Of a stretch of DNA of 64,000 nt, positions 55,840-64,000 are shown piece after piece. Each line of letters starts with the position of its first letter. Position 1 is the first letter of the stretch. The notes beneath the pieces were generated by a model. It had not been told where the DNA came from and made no database searches. It was given only the letters and a program-made list of their open reading frames with translations. Position numbers and translations under genes: made by a program. The stretch comes from a virus: positions 1 through 64,000 of IMG/VR virus record IMGVR_UViG_3300009008_000022, one strand, 5' to 3'.

Positions 55840-58800
55840 ATGCCTATTTGGCTAAAACAACCGCCGCAGCCCGCGCCGATAATCCAGGCGAACAGCGCCT
55901 TGCTCACCATGCGCCAGGCAGAGCGCACGCCACCGGCCAGCCGCGGTGAGTTTGGGAACATGAAGCAGGCCAACAGTGTGCGTGACGTGCTGGACGGGCT
56001 AGGTCTGGGGATGGATCTTGAGCGCGCCCTGGGCGAGCGCGTTGAGCAATGGCTGGCCTGTCGTACCCAGGTTGAGATCATGGAGCGCGCACGGCACGAT
56101 CTGGCCGGAGCTGTGGCGGATCCCTACGTCCGGCGCGAGATCATGGGCCGCGCCATGAACCTGTGGCTGCGCACCGTGCAACCGGCCGAGCGGGCGCCGA
56201 ACCATGGGACCATGATCATCAAGGCCCAGGCTGCGCAGTTCGCACCGGACAACCGGCGGCGGTGGGGAGGTGGGAAGCCCTACGGCGGGCAACGTCCGCC
56301 CTTGAGCCGGACGGTGACAGGACAGCCGAGCGGTGGAGGGTGGGAGGAAGTAAAGAACAGCGCCCATGGAGGTTGGCGCAGGCCGGACGGCCGCGGTGGT
56401 TACGAATATTGGTATCCAGGGCAGGGCGGCCCCGGTGGCGGCCCTGGGGGAGCTGGGGGCGAAGCCAAGCCTCACCCGAATGAGGGCCAGGGCAAGGGCG
56501 ATCCAAAGCCACCTGGCGTAAGGTGGGCACCTGTGCCGCACCATGCGCCGGGAACATTCCGCCGGCCAGCCGAAGATCATTCCGCGGGCGGGCCAGCTCA
56601 CGCTTCACGCATGGAGGCGCAAGGGATTGCCTCAGAGCCGCACCGCGGGGCAGCGGAGGGGGAGAGTCAAGGCAACGAAACCCAGGGCGACAAGCCCGCA
56701 GAATCAGGAAAGGACTCCGGCATCCCGCCAGAGCTGCAAGCGCAGCTCGCCCAGGCCATTGAAGCCTACGGTATGGACGCGGTGAAAAAGGGGCTGGGGA
56801 GCGTGACAGAGGCCGCGGCGAAGGCGGCCGATGAGCAGTACCAGGCCAAGGCCGCGGAGCTGGGGAAACATGAGACAGTCCAGGCCGCGGTAAAAGAGCA
56901 CTTCGGCGGCAAGCTGCGCAGCAAGCCGAGCGAGCAAGAGGTTAAACAGCTCGCAAAAAAGCTGGGCAACGATCCCGAGATCCGCAAGCTGGCTGAAACG
57001 GCCATGCAGGGCGCCGATGGTGCGGTGGTGGACGCGATAGCCCAGGCCGCGGTGGACGCAGCCCCCAAGGCCGATCCTGGCCTGGCTAAAAAGCTCCTGG
57101 TAGGCGCCAAGGTCGCAGCCAAGGCAGCTCTGCCGAGCGCGGCGTTTGGTTTCGTGGACAACTTCATGCTGTACCTGGCAGGGGCGAGCATTGACACCAT
57201 GATCGCAGCCATGGGTTTCGGCGCCGCGGTGGTGGCCGGCCTGGGCAACGCAATCAGTGATTCAGTGGGCGAAGCCGTGGCTGACAAGATGGAGCGTTTC
57301 CTCGACAAACTGCCAGGGCTGAAAGAGGACGAGAAGGATGTTCTGACCCCGGAGCAGCGTCAGAAGATCGAGAGCAAGGCTAAGGTCGCGGGCGTGTTTG
57401 TTGGCGCGATCATCGGCATGTGCCCGTTGCTGGTAGGGATCGGGTTTGGGGGAGCGCCAGCCGCCAAGTCAGAACGGCTGGTATTTGCCGGCGGCCGGTT
57501 GCTGCTCAAGAGCGAGCCGGACCCGTTGCCCGCCCTGGACGGAGCGCCCGAGCTGGTGTTTGTCATGGTGGACACCGAGCCGCGCGACGGCCTGTTTCTG
57601 GTCAAGGGAGCGGGGCACAAGTACCTCAGACGGATCCGCAACCCGAGCCCACCGCCCAACTGGCGCTATCTGTACAAGTACCCAACCAGGAAGGGTTTGG
57701 TACACGACGATCACCTCGTTGAAGGGGCGAAATTCAAGGGCAAACACGGCGACCTGGAGGGCCACTTTGAAGTAACCGGAGTGGTCAAAAAGAAGGGCAA
57801 GCACGTTATCGCGCTGAAGCACGACGAGTCCGGCAAAACGATCTACGTTCACCGCAAGGACATTCAGGGAATGCTCACCCGCTATCACAAGGATGCGGGC
57901 ACGCATAAGGAGCCGCGCAAGCGCAAGCCCAGGGCGCCCAGGGCGCCGGCTAAGAGCTTTCCCGAGCCGGACAAGAGCAAGGCAACCGAGGGCACCTACA
58001 GCGGCGAGCTGCCGAAGATCGGGCTCAGGGACACTCACGCATGGGAGGAGATGAAAGGCTTTGCTGACGATGAGCAAGCCGCGCGGGAATTGCTGGCGAG
58101 CTGGGACACGCACGGCCAGGAGTACGGCCTGATACCGCAGCCCAACGGGGTGATGATTATGCGCCGGACAGCTCGCACCGGCAGCAAGGCGGTGAAAGAG
58201 GGCGCGTCTACCGTGGTGGCGTTCAAGGGCGACGGCAAGATAGAGCGCCAGCAAGGCGAGTACATGGTCATGGAAATGAGCGAGCTGATCCCGAGCCACA
58301 AGCCAGGGAGCTTTGCGCCGGACCCGCGCTACCCCGATGGTGTTCAGGAGCGCGTTTACCACGACGATCCAAACGAGCGCGCGAAGGTGGAGGAGATCGC
58401 CCGCGGCCTGGATCCTTTTTTCGTGATCAACACCAATAACGACGGCGTTGGAGGGCCGCCCGTGATCACTCCAGACGGGATCGTGCTAGGCGGCAACGGT
58501 CGCACCATGGGGATCATGACGGCATACACGCACTACCCGGAGAGCGGGCAGAAGTACAAGGATCACCTGGCAAGCCAGGCCAGCGACTTTGGTTTCAGCT
58601 CGCATGACATTCAGGGCATGAGCCAGCCGGTGCTAGTGCGGCGCGTGGCGGTGGACGCGAATAACACGCAGAAGGCTCGCATGTGGGCGCGCGTGCTGAA
58701 TGAGCCGTTGACGCAGGGCATGGACCCGCGCACCGAGGAAGTTGCGGTCGCGAAGAACCACATGAACGAGCGCGTGATCGCCGCCCTGGTGGCCGGCATG

Positions 58801-59790
58801 AAAGAGGGCGAGACAATCCACGCCTTTTTGAGCGGGGCACATAGCCGTGAGTTTGTGGACGGGTTGAAGCTGGCCGGCATCATCGACCGGTACAACGAAA
58901 GCAAGTATCGCCACGTTGACGCCACGGCCGGAGCTGACAAGCAAGGGCTGCTTAACGAGGAAGGGATCATGAGGATCCAGCGCGTGCTAATCGCCTCGCT
59001 TATCCCTGATTCTCGGCTGCTCAAGCGTATGCCGAAAAACATGATCACAGCTCTGGCCGGCAGCGTGCCGCACCTGTACCGCGCCCAGGCCGCCGGTTGG
59101 GATCTGTCCGGCGCGCTGGCCGCGGCGGCGGACGCCTGGCTTGACGCGAAACACCGGGAGTACAAGACAGCCGCCGCCTACCTCAAGGCCACCGAAATGG
59201 ACTACGGCGACGGCGATAACAAGATGGCGCCGTTGATGAAAGATCAGGCCGCGGAGTTTATGTTTCGGATCCTGTTCAAACCGCAGGCCACCGCGACGGC
59301 CACAAAGATGCGCGAGCTGGCAAACCGCGCGGGAATGGCGAAGCAAGCCCGAGAGGAGCAGGACAGCGGCGGCATGTTTGCCATGCTGGGCGAAACCGCG
59401 GACGCGCCAGAGCCGGAGAAGTTGACCGACGCGCTTGATACGATCTGGGGTATCACGGCAGAGGGGCGCGGCCGGCGCCAGGCGGAAAAGGACGCGGCCA
59501 GGGCGGAACAGCTCAAGGCGTACCAGGCGCGAGCCGATGAAATGGGAATGCACGTCGAGCAGTACGAGGCTTACCAGGATTGGGCCGCGGAGGACAAGAA
59601 GTGGCAGGACCGGCAGAACAAGCGCAAGCGCAAGGCGCGCAAGCCGGACCCGAGGCCGGAGAAGCCGCCGATCATCCAAGGGCTGAGAGTGGGACACCGG
59701 GAGCACAACATGGGGCTATTCCGCGAGCACGATGCGAAGCGACGGCGCGAGCAGATGAAAGACGACAGCCGGGAGCGGGAGGCAAGTTAA
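55840..59790 (+). CDS. Large polyvalent protein 1: repeat tag, TMEM65-like membrane domain, HKY module, DdrB-like ParB domain (start 55840 or 55960)
   Basis: FGFVDNF...AG..ID...AGLGNAISD..G...G...GAIIGM.PL (57121-57438); Y.V.E..ELIPSH...YP..VQ.R...GPPVI..DG.V.GGNGR...PVLVR (about 58255-58650). Confidence 0.85.
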   Translation: MPIWLKQPPQPAPIIQANSALLTMRQAERTPPASRGEFGNMKQANSVRDVLDGLGLGMDLERALGERVEQWLACRTQVEIMERARHDLAGAVADPYVRREIMGRAMNLWLRTVQPAERAPNHGTMIIKAQAAQFAPDNRRRWGGGKPYGGQRPPLSRTVTGQPSGGGWEEVKNSAHGGWRRPDGRGGYEYWYPGQGGPGGGPGGAGGEAKPHPNEGQGKGDPKPPGVRWAPVPHHAPGTFRRPAEDHSAGGPAHASRMEAQGIASEPHRGAAEGESQGNETQGDKPAESGKDSGIPPELQAQLAQAIEAYGMDAVKKGLGSVTEAAAKAADEQYQAKAAELGKHETVQAAVKEHFGGKLRSKPSEQEVKQLAKKLGNDPEIRKLAETAMQGADGAVVDAIAQAAVDAAPKADPGLAKKLLVGAKVAAKAALPSAAFGFVDNFMLYLAGASIDTMIAAMGFGAAVVAGLGNAISDSVGEAVADKMERFLDKLPGLKEDEKDVLTPEQRQKIESKAKVAGVFVGAIIGMCPLLVGIGFGGAPAAKSERLVFAGGRLLLKSEPDPLPALDGAPELVFVMVDTEPRDGLFLVKGAGHKYLRRIRNPSPPPNWRYLYKYPTRKGLVHDDHLVEGAKFKGKHGDLEGHFEVTGVVKKKGKHVIALKHDESGKTIYVHRKDIQGMLTRYHKDAGTHKEPRKRKPRAPRAPAKSFPEPDKSKATEGTYSGELPKIGLRDTHAWEEMKGFADDEQAARELLASWDTHGQEYGLIPQPNGVMIMRRTARTGSKAVKEGASTVVAFKGDGKIERQQGEYMVMEMSELIPSHKPGSFAPDPRYPDGVQERVYHDDPNERAKVEEIARGLDPFFVINTNNDGVGGPPVITPDGIVLGGNGRTMGIMTAYTHYPESGQKYKDHLASQASDFGFSSHDIQGMSQPVLVRRVAVDANNTQKARMWARVLNEPLTQGMDPRTEEVAVAKNHMNERVIAALVAGMKEGETIHAFLSGAHSREFVDGLKLAGIIDRYNESKYRHVDATAGADKQGLLNEEGIMRIQRVLIASLIPDSRLLKRMPKNMITALAGSVPHLYRAQAAGWDLSGALAAAADAWLDAKHREYKTAAAYLKATEMDYGDGDNKMAPLMKDQAAEFMFRILFKPQATATATKMRELANRAGMAKQAREEQDSGGMFAMLGETADAPEPEKLTDALDTIWGITAEGRGRRQAEKDAARAEQLKAYQARADEMGMHVEQYEAYQDWAAEDKKWQDRQNKRKRKARKPDPRPEKPPIIQGLRVGHREHNMGLFREHDAKRRREQMKDDSREREAS

Positions 59791-62183
59791 TGGCGAAGGC
59801 AGAGAAGAAGGGCGCCGCCGCGGCCGGAGTCCGGTACGTCATGGACTGCCTGCTGGTGGAGGCCAAATTCGAGGTACAAGGGGCGGTGCACCTGTCCATG
59901 ATTAAGGACCGGAGCGTGAGCGTTAAAACCTCAGAGATCGTCGCGCGCCTCAAGAAGTTCGCCCAGGCCAAGCTGGAGCTGGACCCGCGGTTTCGCGCCG
60001 GTTGGGGCAGCTCGCCAGTGACCGATGAGCAGCTACACGCAATCGTCGGGCCGTTGGTTGAAATGCGGGCCGGAAAGATCGTCAAGGGCGGTGAGCGGAT
60101 CTGGTGCCAGGGAGGGCCAGCTCCGCGCCCTTTCGTTAAGGGCGAGCGGCCGTCCGGCGCAGGCTGGCAGGCCGTACCAAATACCAAATTTGGCGGGTAC
60201 AGGCGCCGCGGCAAGGGCGGCAAGTGGGAGTATTGGTATCCCGAAAAGCACGCCAAGTTGGGCCATGGGTTTGAAGCTGAGCATGTGGAGCTGCGCGAAA
60301 AGCGCGACCGCGTTGCGGCCGACATAGAGCGCCGCGGCCTGGGGGTGGAGTACGAAACGAGCCCAGGCCGGTATCTGGTTGTCATGCCGGACCCGTCGCA
60401 CGCGGGCAAGGTCCGCACGCAGAGCTACGATGAGCACGGATTCTCTGGGCACCGCACCTATGACGATCTGCCAGCTCTGGCCGCGGACGTTGCCAAGTGG
60501 GAGTACAACGGGATCAAGCCAGCTCAGGCCGGCACGCTAGACAAGCTCGCCCAGGGCGAGCCATGGCGCCAGGCCGCCCTTCACCAGCAAGCGTTAAGGG
60601 AGATCGAAAGCCTGGAGAGGCAGGGGCAGGACGTGAGCGAGCTACACGCGGTCCTAGCTCGCAAAGGGTCAGAGGCGCTACTGGCGCACCTGGGCAAGTC
60701 GGAGGCGCCGCGGTTGCTCGCCCTGGGCGACCGGTTGGTCAAGGCTGGCGTTGGAGCGGAGCGGCAACAGATCATGTTTGCAGCTCGCCAGCGCAAGCAG
60801 TACCCGCCAGGTTACAAGCCGGAGCACAAGGTCAAGGGAAAGACGGTCAAGGTCCACACTAACGGCTGGCAGGCTATCCCCAAGGGGCACAAGGGAGGCT
60901 ATCGGCGCCGGACCCGCGGCGGGTGGGAGTACTGGTATCCAGACCATCACGCGCGGCCTGGGCTACACGCACCGAGCGTGGAGCCGCACGGCGGCACGTT
61001 GGCCGAAGCGGTGGAGCTGCGCGAAAAGCACGGCGTGCCGATCCATGTAAGCTGTGGCGCTGGGGTGGACAGTACCGGTTTGCTGGTAGGCATGTATCAG
61101 CAGGGGATCCGGCCGGATGCGGTTGTGTTTGCGGACGTGGGGAACGAAAACCCGCGCACTTATATGTTCCTTCCCCACCTGGACGCATGGCTGAGATCGG
61201 TTGGCTTCCCGCCCCTAACCGTGGTGCGAAACAAGCCGACCGTTAGCGCCTCAGAAATGGTGAGAGAGGCGCGCGGAAAGACTTACGCCACGTTGGAACA
61301 GAACGTGGTGCTGCATGAAACCCTGCCGTCAATCTCACTGGCCGGTGGCCGCGGTTGCAGCCAGAAGTGGAAACACCAGCCTCAAGAAGCCTGGGCAAAC
61401 CAGCGCGAGGATTGCCAGTCGGCATGGGAGCAGGGCTTCAAGGTCACGAAGCTAATCGGCTACAGCTCTGACCCGGCGGACAAGCGCCGGCCGGATATGC
61501 CGGACGATGAGAAGTATCACTATCAGTACCCGTTGCGTGAATGGGGGTGGGATCGGGAGCGGTGCAAGAAAGAGATCGCCGCGGCCGGTATGCCCGTACC
61601 AGTCAAGAGCGCGTGCTGGTTTTGCACAGCGACCAAGCCGCACGAGCTGCGCCGCATAGTGAGCGAGTACCCCGACATCGGCCGCCGGATAATCCAGATG
61701 GAGGCCGCCGCGGAGGACAACCTACGCAAGATCCGCGGCCTGTGGGGCACACCGGTGAAGGGGGCCAGGGGCGCGCTAAAGAAGCCGGGAACAATGGCAG
61801 AGTGGATCATCGGGGAGGAGTTGCTGCCGGAGTTTAAGGGCCAGGATATTGTTGACCCGTGGTGGCGCCAATCAGGCCAGGTGACGCCCGGTAACGAGCA
61901 CTTCAAGGTGGCGGACGTGATGCACCTTGTAGACGCGCCACCGCCGCCGGTGAGCCCGCTTGAGGATCTAAGCGGCCTGGCTCCGGTGGACACCGACGAG
62001 CTGCGCGAGCAGAGCAAGGCGCGAAAGCGAGGTGGTGCGGTTCAGACCAGCTTGTTTAAGAGCGCGCCCAGGGCGACGATGAGGGACGGAGATCAAAAGT
62101 TCTGGGCAGCCATGGCATTGATCCAGGCGTTTGATCAATTCGACAGCATGGGCAAGGACGGCAAGCGGCATGGATCTGAATGA
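59790..62183 (+). CDS. Large polyvalent protein 2: two repeat tags and a PAPS-reductase-like (PP-loop) domain
   Basis: TAATG coupling; VSCGAGVDST, FADVG.E, CS.KWK, YPL.EWG..R..C, KSACWFC. Confidence 0.85.
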   Translation: MAKAEKKGAAAAGVRYVMDCLLVEAKFEVQGAVHLSMIKDRSVSVKTSEIVARLKKFAQAKLELDPRFRAGWGSSPVTDEQLHAIVGPLVEMRAGKIVKGGERIWCQGGPAPRPFVKGERPSGAGWQAVPNTKFGGYRRRGKGGKWEYWYPEKHAKLGHGFEAEHVELREKRDRVAADIERRGLGVEYETSPGRYLVVMPDPSHAGKVRTQSYDEHGFSGHRTYDDLPALAADVAKWEYNGIKPAQAGTLDKLAQGEPWRQAALHQQALREIESLERQGQDVSELHAVLARKGSEALLAHLGKSEAPRLLALGDRLVKAGVGAERQQIMFAARQRKQYPPGYKPEHKVKGKTVKVHTNGWQAIPKGHKGGYRRRTRGGWEYWYPDHHARPGLHAPSVEPHGGTLAEAVELREKHGVPIHVSCGAGVDSTGLLVGMYQQGIRPDAVVFADVGNENPRTYMFLPHLDAWLRSVGFPPLTVVRNKPTVSASEMVREARGKTYATLEQNVVLHETLPSISLAGGRGCSQKWKHQPQEAWANQREDCQSAWEQGFKVTKLIGYSSDPADKRRPDMPDDEKYHYQYPLREWGWDRERCKKEIAAAGMPVPVKSACWFCTATKPHELRRIVSEYPDIGRRIIQMEAAAEDNLRKIRGLWGTPVKGARGALKKPGTMAEWIIGEELLPEFKGQDIVDPWWRQSGQVTPGNEHFKVADVMHLVDAPPPPVSPLEDLSGLAPVDTDELREQSKARKRGGAVQTSLFKSAPRATMRDGDQKFWAAMALIQAFDQFDSMGKDGKRHGSE

Positions 62184-64000
62184 CCTGTTACAGCGAGGGT
62201 TGAGAAAGGCGGAACAGCTCGATCTGTTTGGGCCGGAGCAACTAACCTCAGACAGAGGGCCACGAGACACCGTGAAGCCGGCCACGCCGCGCCGAGTTGG
62301 TAAGCCAGGCCGCGGCAAGCGCCGCAAGAGCAAGCGCGTTATACCGCCGCACCAGGGCCACATGACGCCACCTGGCAAGGGTTGGCAGGCTATCCCGCGG
62401 GGCAAGAAGGGCGGTTTCAGACGCAAGGGCAGCAACGGCAAGTGGGAGTACTGGTATCCCAACAGGGGAATCACTCCCAGCCCGCACCATAAAGACATTC
62501 CCGACAGGCCCGATCCGGCGAAGGATCCGAAGGGCGCGCTGGCATGGTGGGGGATGCGCCTTTATGAAGGCACCGTCAACGACGAGGGGTTTTGGCAGGA
62601 CCACCGGAGGACAACCGGAGCCAGGCCGCGGGTTTACAGCTTGAGTTGGGATTATGGCCGAATGAGCCTGGCCCTGTTTGATGCAGTCGAGGGCATACCT
62701 CAACAGCAAAGGGCCGCCATTTTGGAGCCGACGCGGGAGCGAGCGCACTTCCCCCGCGATCAGTTCACCGACATGGCCGAAAGCTATCGCCGGTTGGAGG
62801 AATACCAAGTCGCGGTGCGATTGAATGCCGAGCGCCGGCCGGCCGCCCCCGTCGAGGACGTTGACGCCGCGGTGGACAGCCTGCAAGGGGTGGAGCCGGA
62901 GTCCGCCCAGGGCGCCGACGTGCCGCACCTGGAAGTTGAGGAGTACGACGGCCGCGAGGGCGATCCAAACCACCTTACGCGCAAGGAAACCGGCCGCGTA
63001 ACGCCGCAAAGCCTGGCTCACTTAAAGGGGGCCAGGAAAGAGCACGGCTACATGCGCTGGCACGACGGCAGCGCCATTGGAGCGAAGGATCCAGGGGAAT
63101 ACTTCGGCAGATATACCAGGGAAAAGTGGGAGGCGTTTGTTGCCGACATTAAAGCGCGCGGCGTTCAGGATCCGGTTTTCATCGTTAGGAACCCAGAGCC
63201 AGGCACGCGGCACGATCCGGCTGGAACGTGGGTGTATGAGGGCAATCACCGCATAGCCGCGGCATTGGAGGCGGGGGTTAAAACGATCCCGGTAGAGATC
63301 CGCTACTTCGGCCACACTGAGCGCGACGGCCAGGCTGCGCCAGGGTGGGATCGTATGCCCGAGAGTGAGCCCGCCCAGGGCGAGCCACACGAGCCGGGGC
63401 CGGATACGTTTCACGGCAAACTTACGGCGCTACGGGCCGAGGCTGAAAGGCTGGACTTGCCCACGGCCGCCAGGCTGCTTAACCCGGAAGGCTGGCCCAC
63501 GGACGATGAGAAGTTGGGCAGCGTGCTAATGGACGCCACCGCGGAGCTGGGCGGGTTGCTAGTAGGGGAGGATACGCCGGACAACCGCCGCCGCCGTGAG
63601 CTGCTAATCGAGGGGATCAAGGTCTGGACCAAGGATGGCGAGTACGAGCCGATCACGTCCCTGCATACCAGCCGCGAGGATCTTCAACGGCTGGGGTTTA
63701 GGACCATTGCCAAGTTCACTGATCTGAAAAAGCTGGGCTACCGTATCGTTCAGTGGGCGCGCGTGGTGGGCGAGGTGTACGGCGACAACAAGGACATGGC
63801 CGGTTGGGAGATCGTTCACGAGTATGACCCGATGCACCCCGACGCGGGCAGCGGCGCAGGGCTGGCCGGCAAGCGTGATCACAAGACGGGTGACGGGTTG
63901 GGCTATTGGGAGGCTCCAGCGCCCGGTGATGCGCCAGGGATGAGCCCCGAGGCGGTGCGCTACACGGCGCCGGCCGGACCCGCGACAAGCAAGGTCCATG
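62170..64000 (+). CDS. Large polyvalent protein 3 (runs off the window; absent from ORF track): repeat tag and ParB/Srx-like domain
   Basis: Manual translation from ATG 62170: MDLNDLLQRGLRKAEQLDLFG...GWQAIPRGKKGGFRRKGSNGKWEYWYP...FVADIKARGVQDPVFIV...YEGNHRIAAALEAGVKTIPVEIRY; no stop seen. Confidence 0.85.
   Translation, partial: MDLNDLLQRGLRKAEQLDLFGPEQLTSDRGPRDTVKPATPRRVGKPGRGKRRKSKRVIPPHQGHMTPPGKGWQAIPRGKKGGFRRKGSNGKWEYWYPNRGITPSPHHKDIPDRPDPAKDPKGALAWWGMRLYEGTVNDEGFWQDHRRTTGARPRVYSLSWDYGRMSLALFDAVEGIPQQQRAAILEPTRERAHFPRDQFTDMAESYRRLEEYQVAVRLNAERRPAAPVEDVDAAVDSLQGVEPESAQGADVPHLEVEEYDGREGDPNHLTRKETGRVTPQSLAHLKGARKEHGYMRWHDGSAIGAKDPGEYFGRYTREKWEAFVADIKARGVQDPVFIVRNPEPGTRHDPAGTWVYEGNHRIAAALEAGVKTIPVEIRYFGHTERDGQAAPGWDRMPESEPAQGEPHEPGPDTFHGKLTALRAEAERLDLPTAARLLNPEGWPTDDEKLGSVLMDATAELGGLLVGEDTPDNRRRRELLIEGIKVWTKDGEYEPITSLHTSREDLQRLGFRTIAKFTDLKKLGYRIVQWARVVGEVYGDNKDMAGWEIVHEYDPMHPDAGSGAGLAGKRDHKTGDGLGYWEAPAPGDAPGMSPEAVRYTAPAGPATSKVH

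Noticed and set aside
1-64000. Alternative genetic code / stop-codon reassignment
   Set aside because: Standard code gives dense, intact, coupled genes ending in all three stop codons.

Overview
This window is a contiguous part of a high-GC, contractile-tailed (myovirus-type) dsDNA phage genome. No rRNA, tRNA, CRISPR array, integrase, reverse transcriptase or transposase was recognised. Layout: (1) <1-24.3 kb, + strand, virion module resembling SPO1/Twort-like (Herelleviridae-type) phages: end of the major capsid gene, an HxH-repeat fibre, a head-tail adaptor interrupted by a 139-aa mini-intein, neck, sheath, tube, chaperone pair, tape measure, baseplate and fibres. (2) 24.5-31.3 kb, - strand, early/accessory genes including a SprT-like protease and a SNF2-family helicase, behind sigma70-type promoters that share an operator-like motif. 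(3) 31.4-49.6 kb, + strand, replication/recombination: lambdoid-type initiator with internal iterons, DnaC-like loader, SNase nuclease, RecT plus PD-(D/E)xK exonuclease, adenine MTase, SMC-like ATPase and a beta clamp; no DNA polymerase in the window. (4) Lysis genes, then large terminase. (5) A non-coding gap (55.44-55.83 kb) holding a hairpin whose loop is antisense to the phage's own extended RBS, plus a second copy of the origin-like iteron element. (6) Three very large polyvalent proteins (55.8 kb to the window end) carrying TMEM65-like, DdrB-ParB, PAPS-reductase-like and ParB domains. They share a repeated tag (GW..[IV]P....GG[YFW]RR....G.[WY]EYWYP) and clustered hydrophobic-K-[SAG] motifs. 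The best candidate for an undescribed system is this tagged, probably protease-processed, head-packaged cargo polyprotein set. All family calls come from motif recognition by eye, not from database searches.
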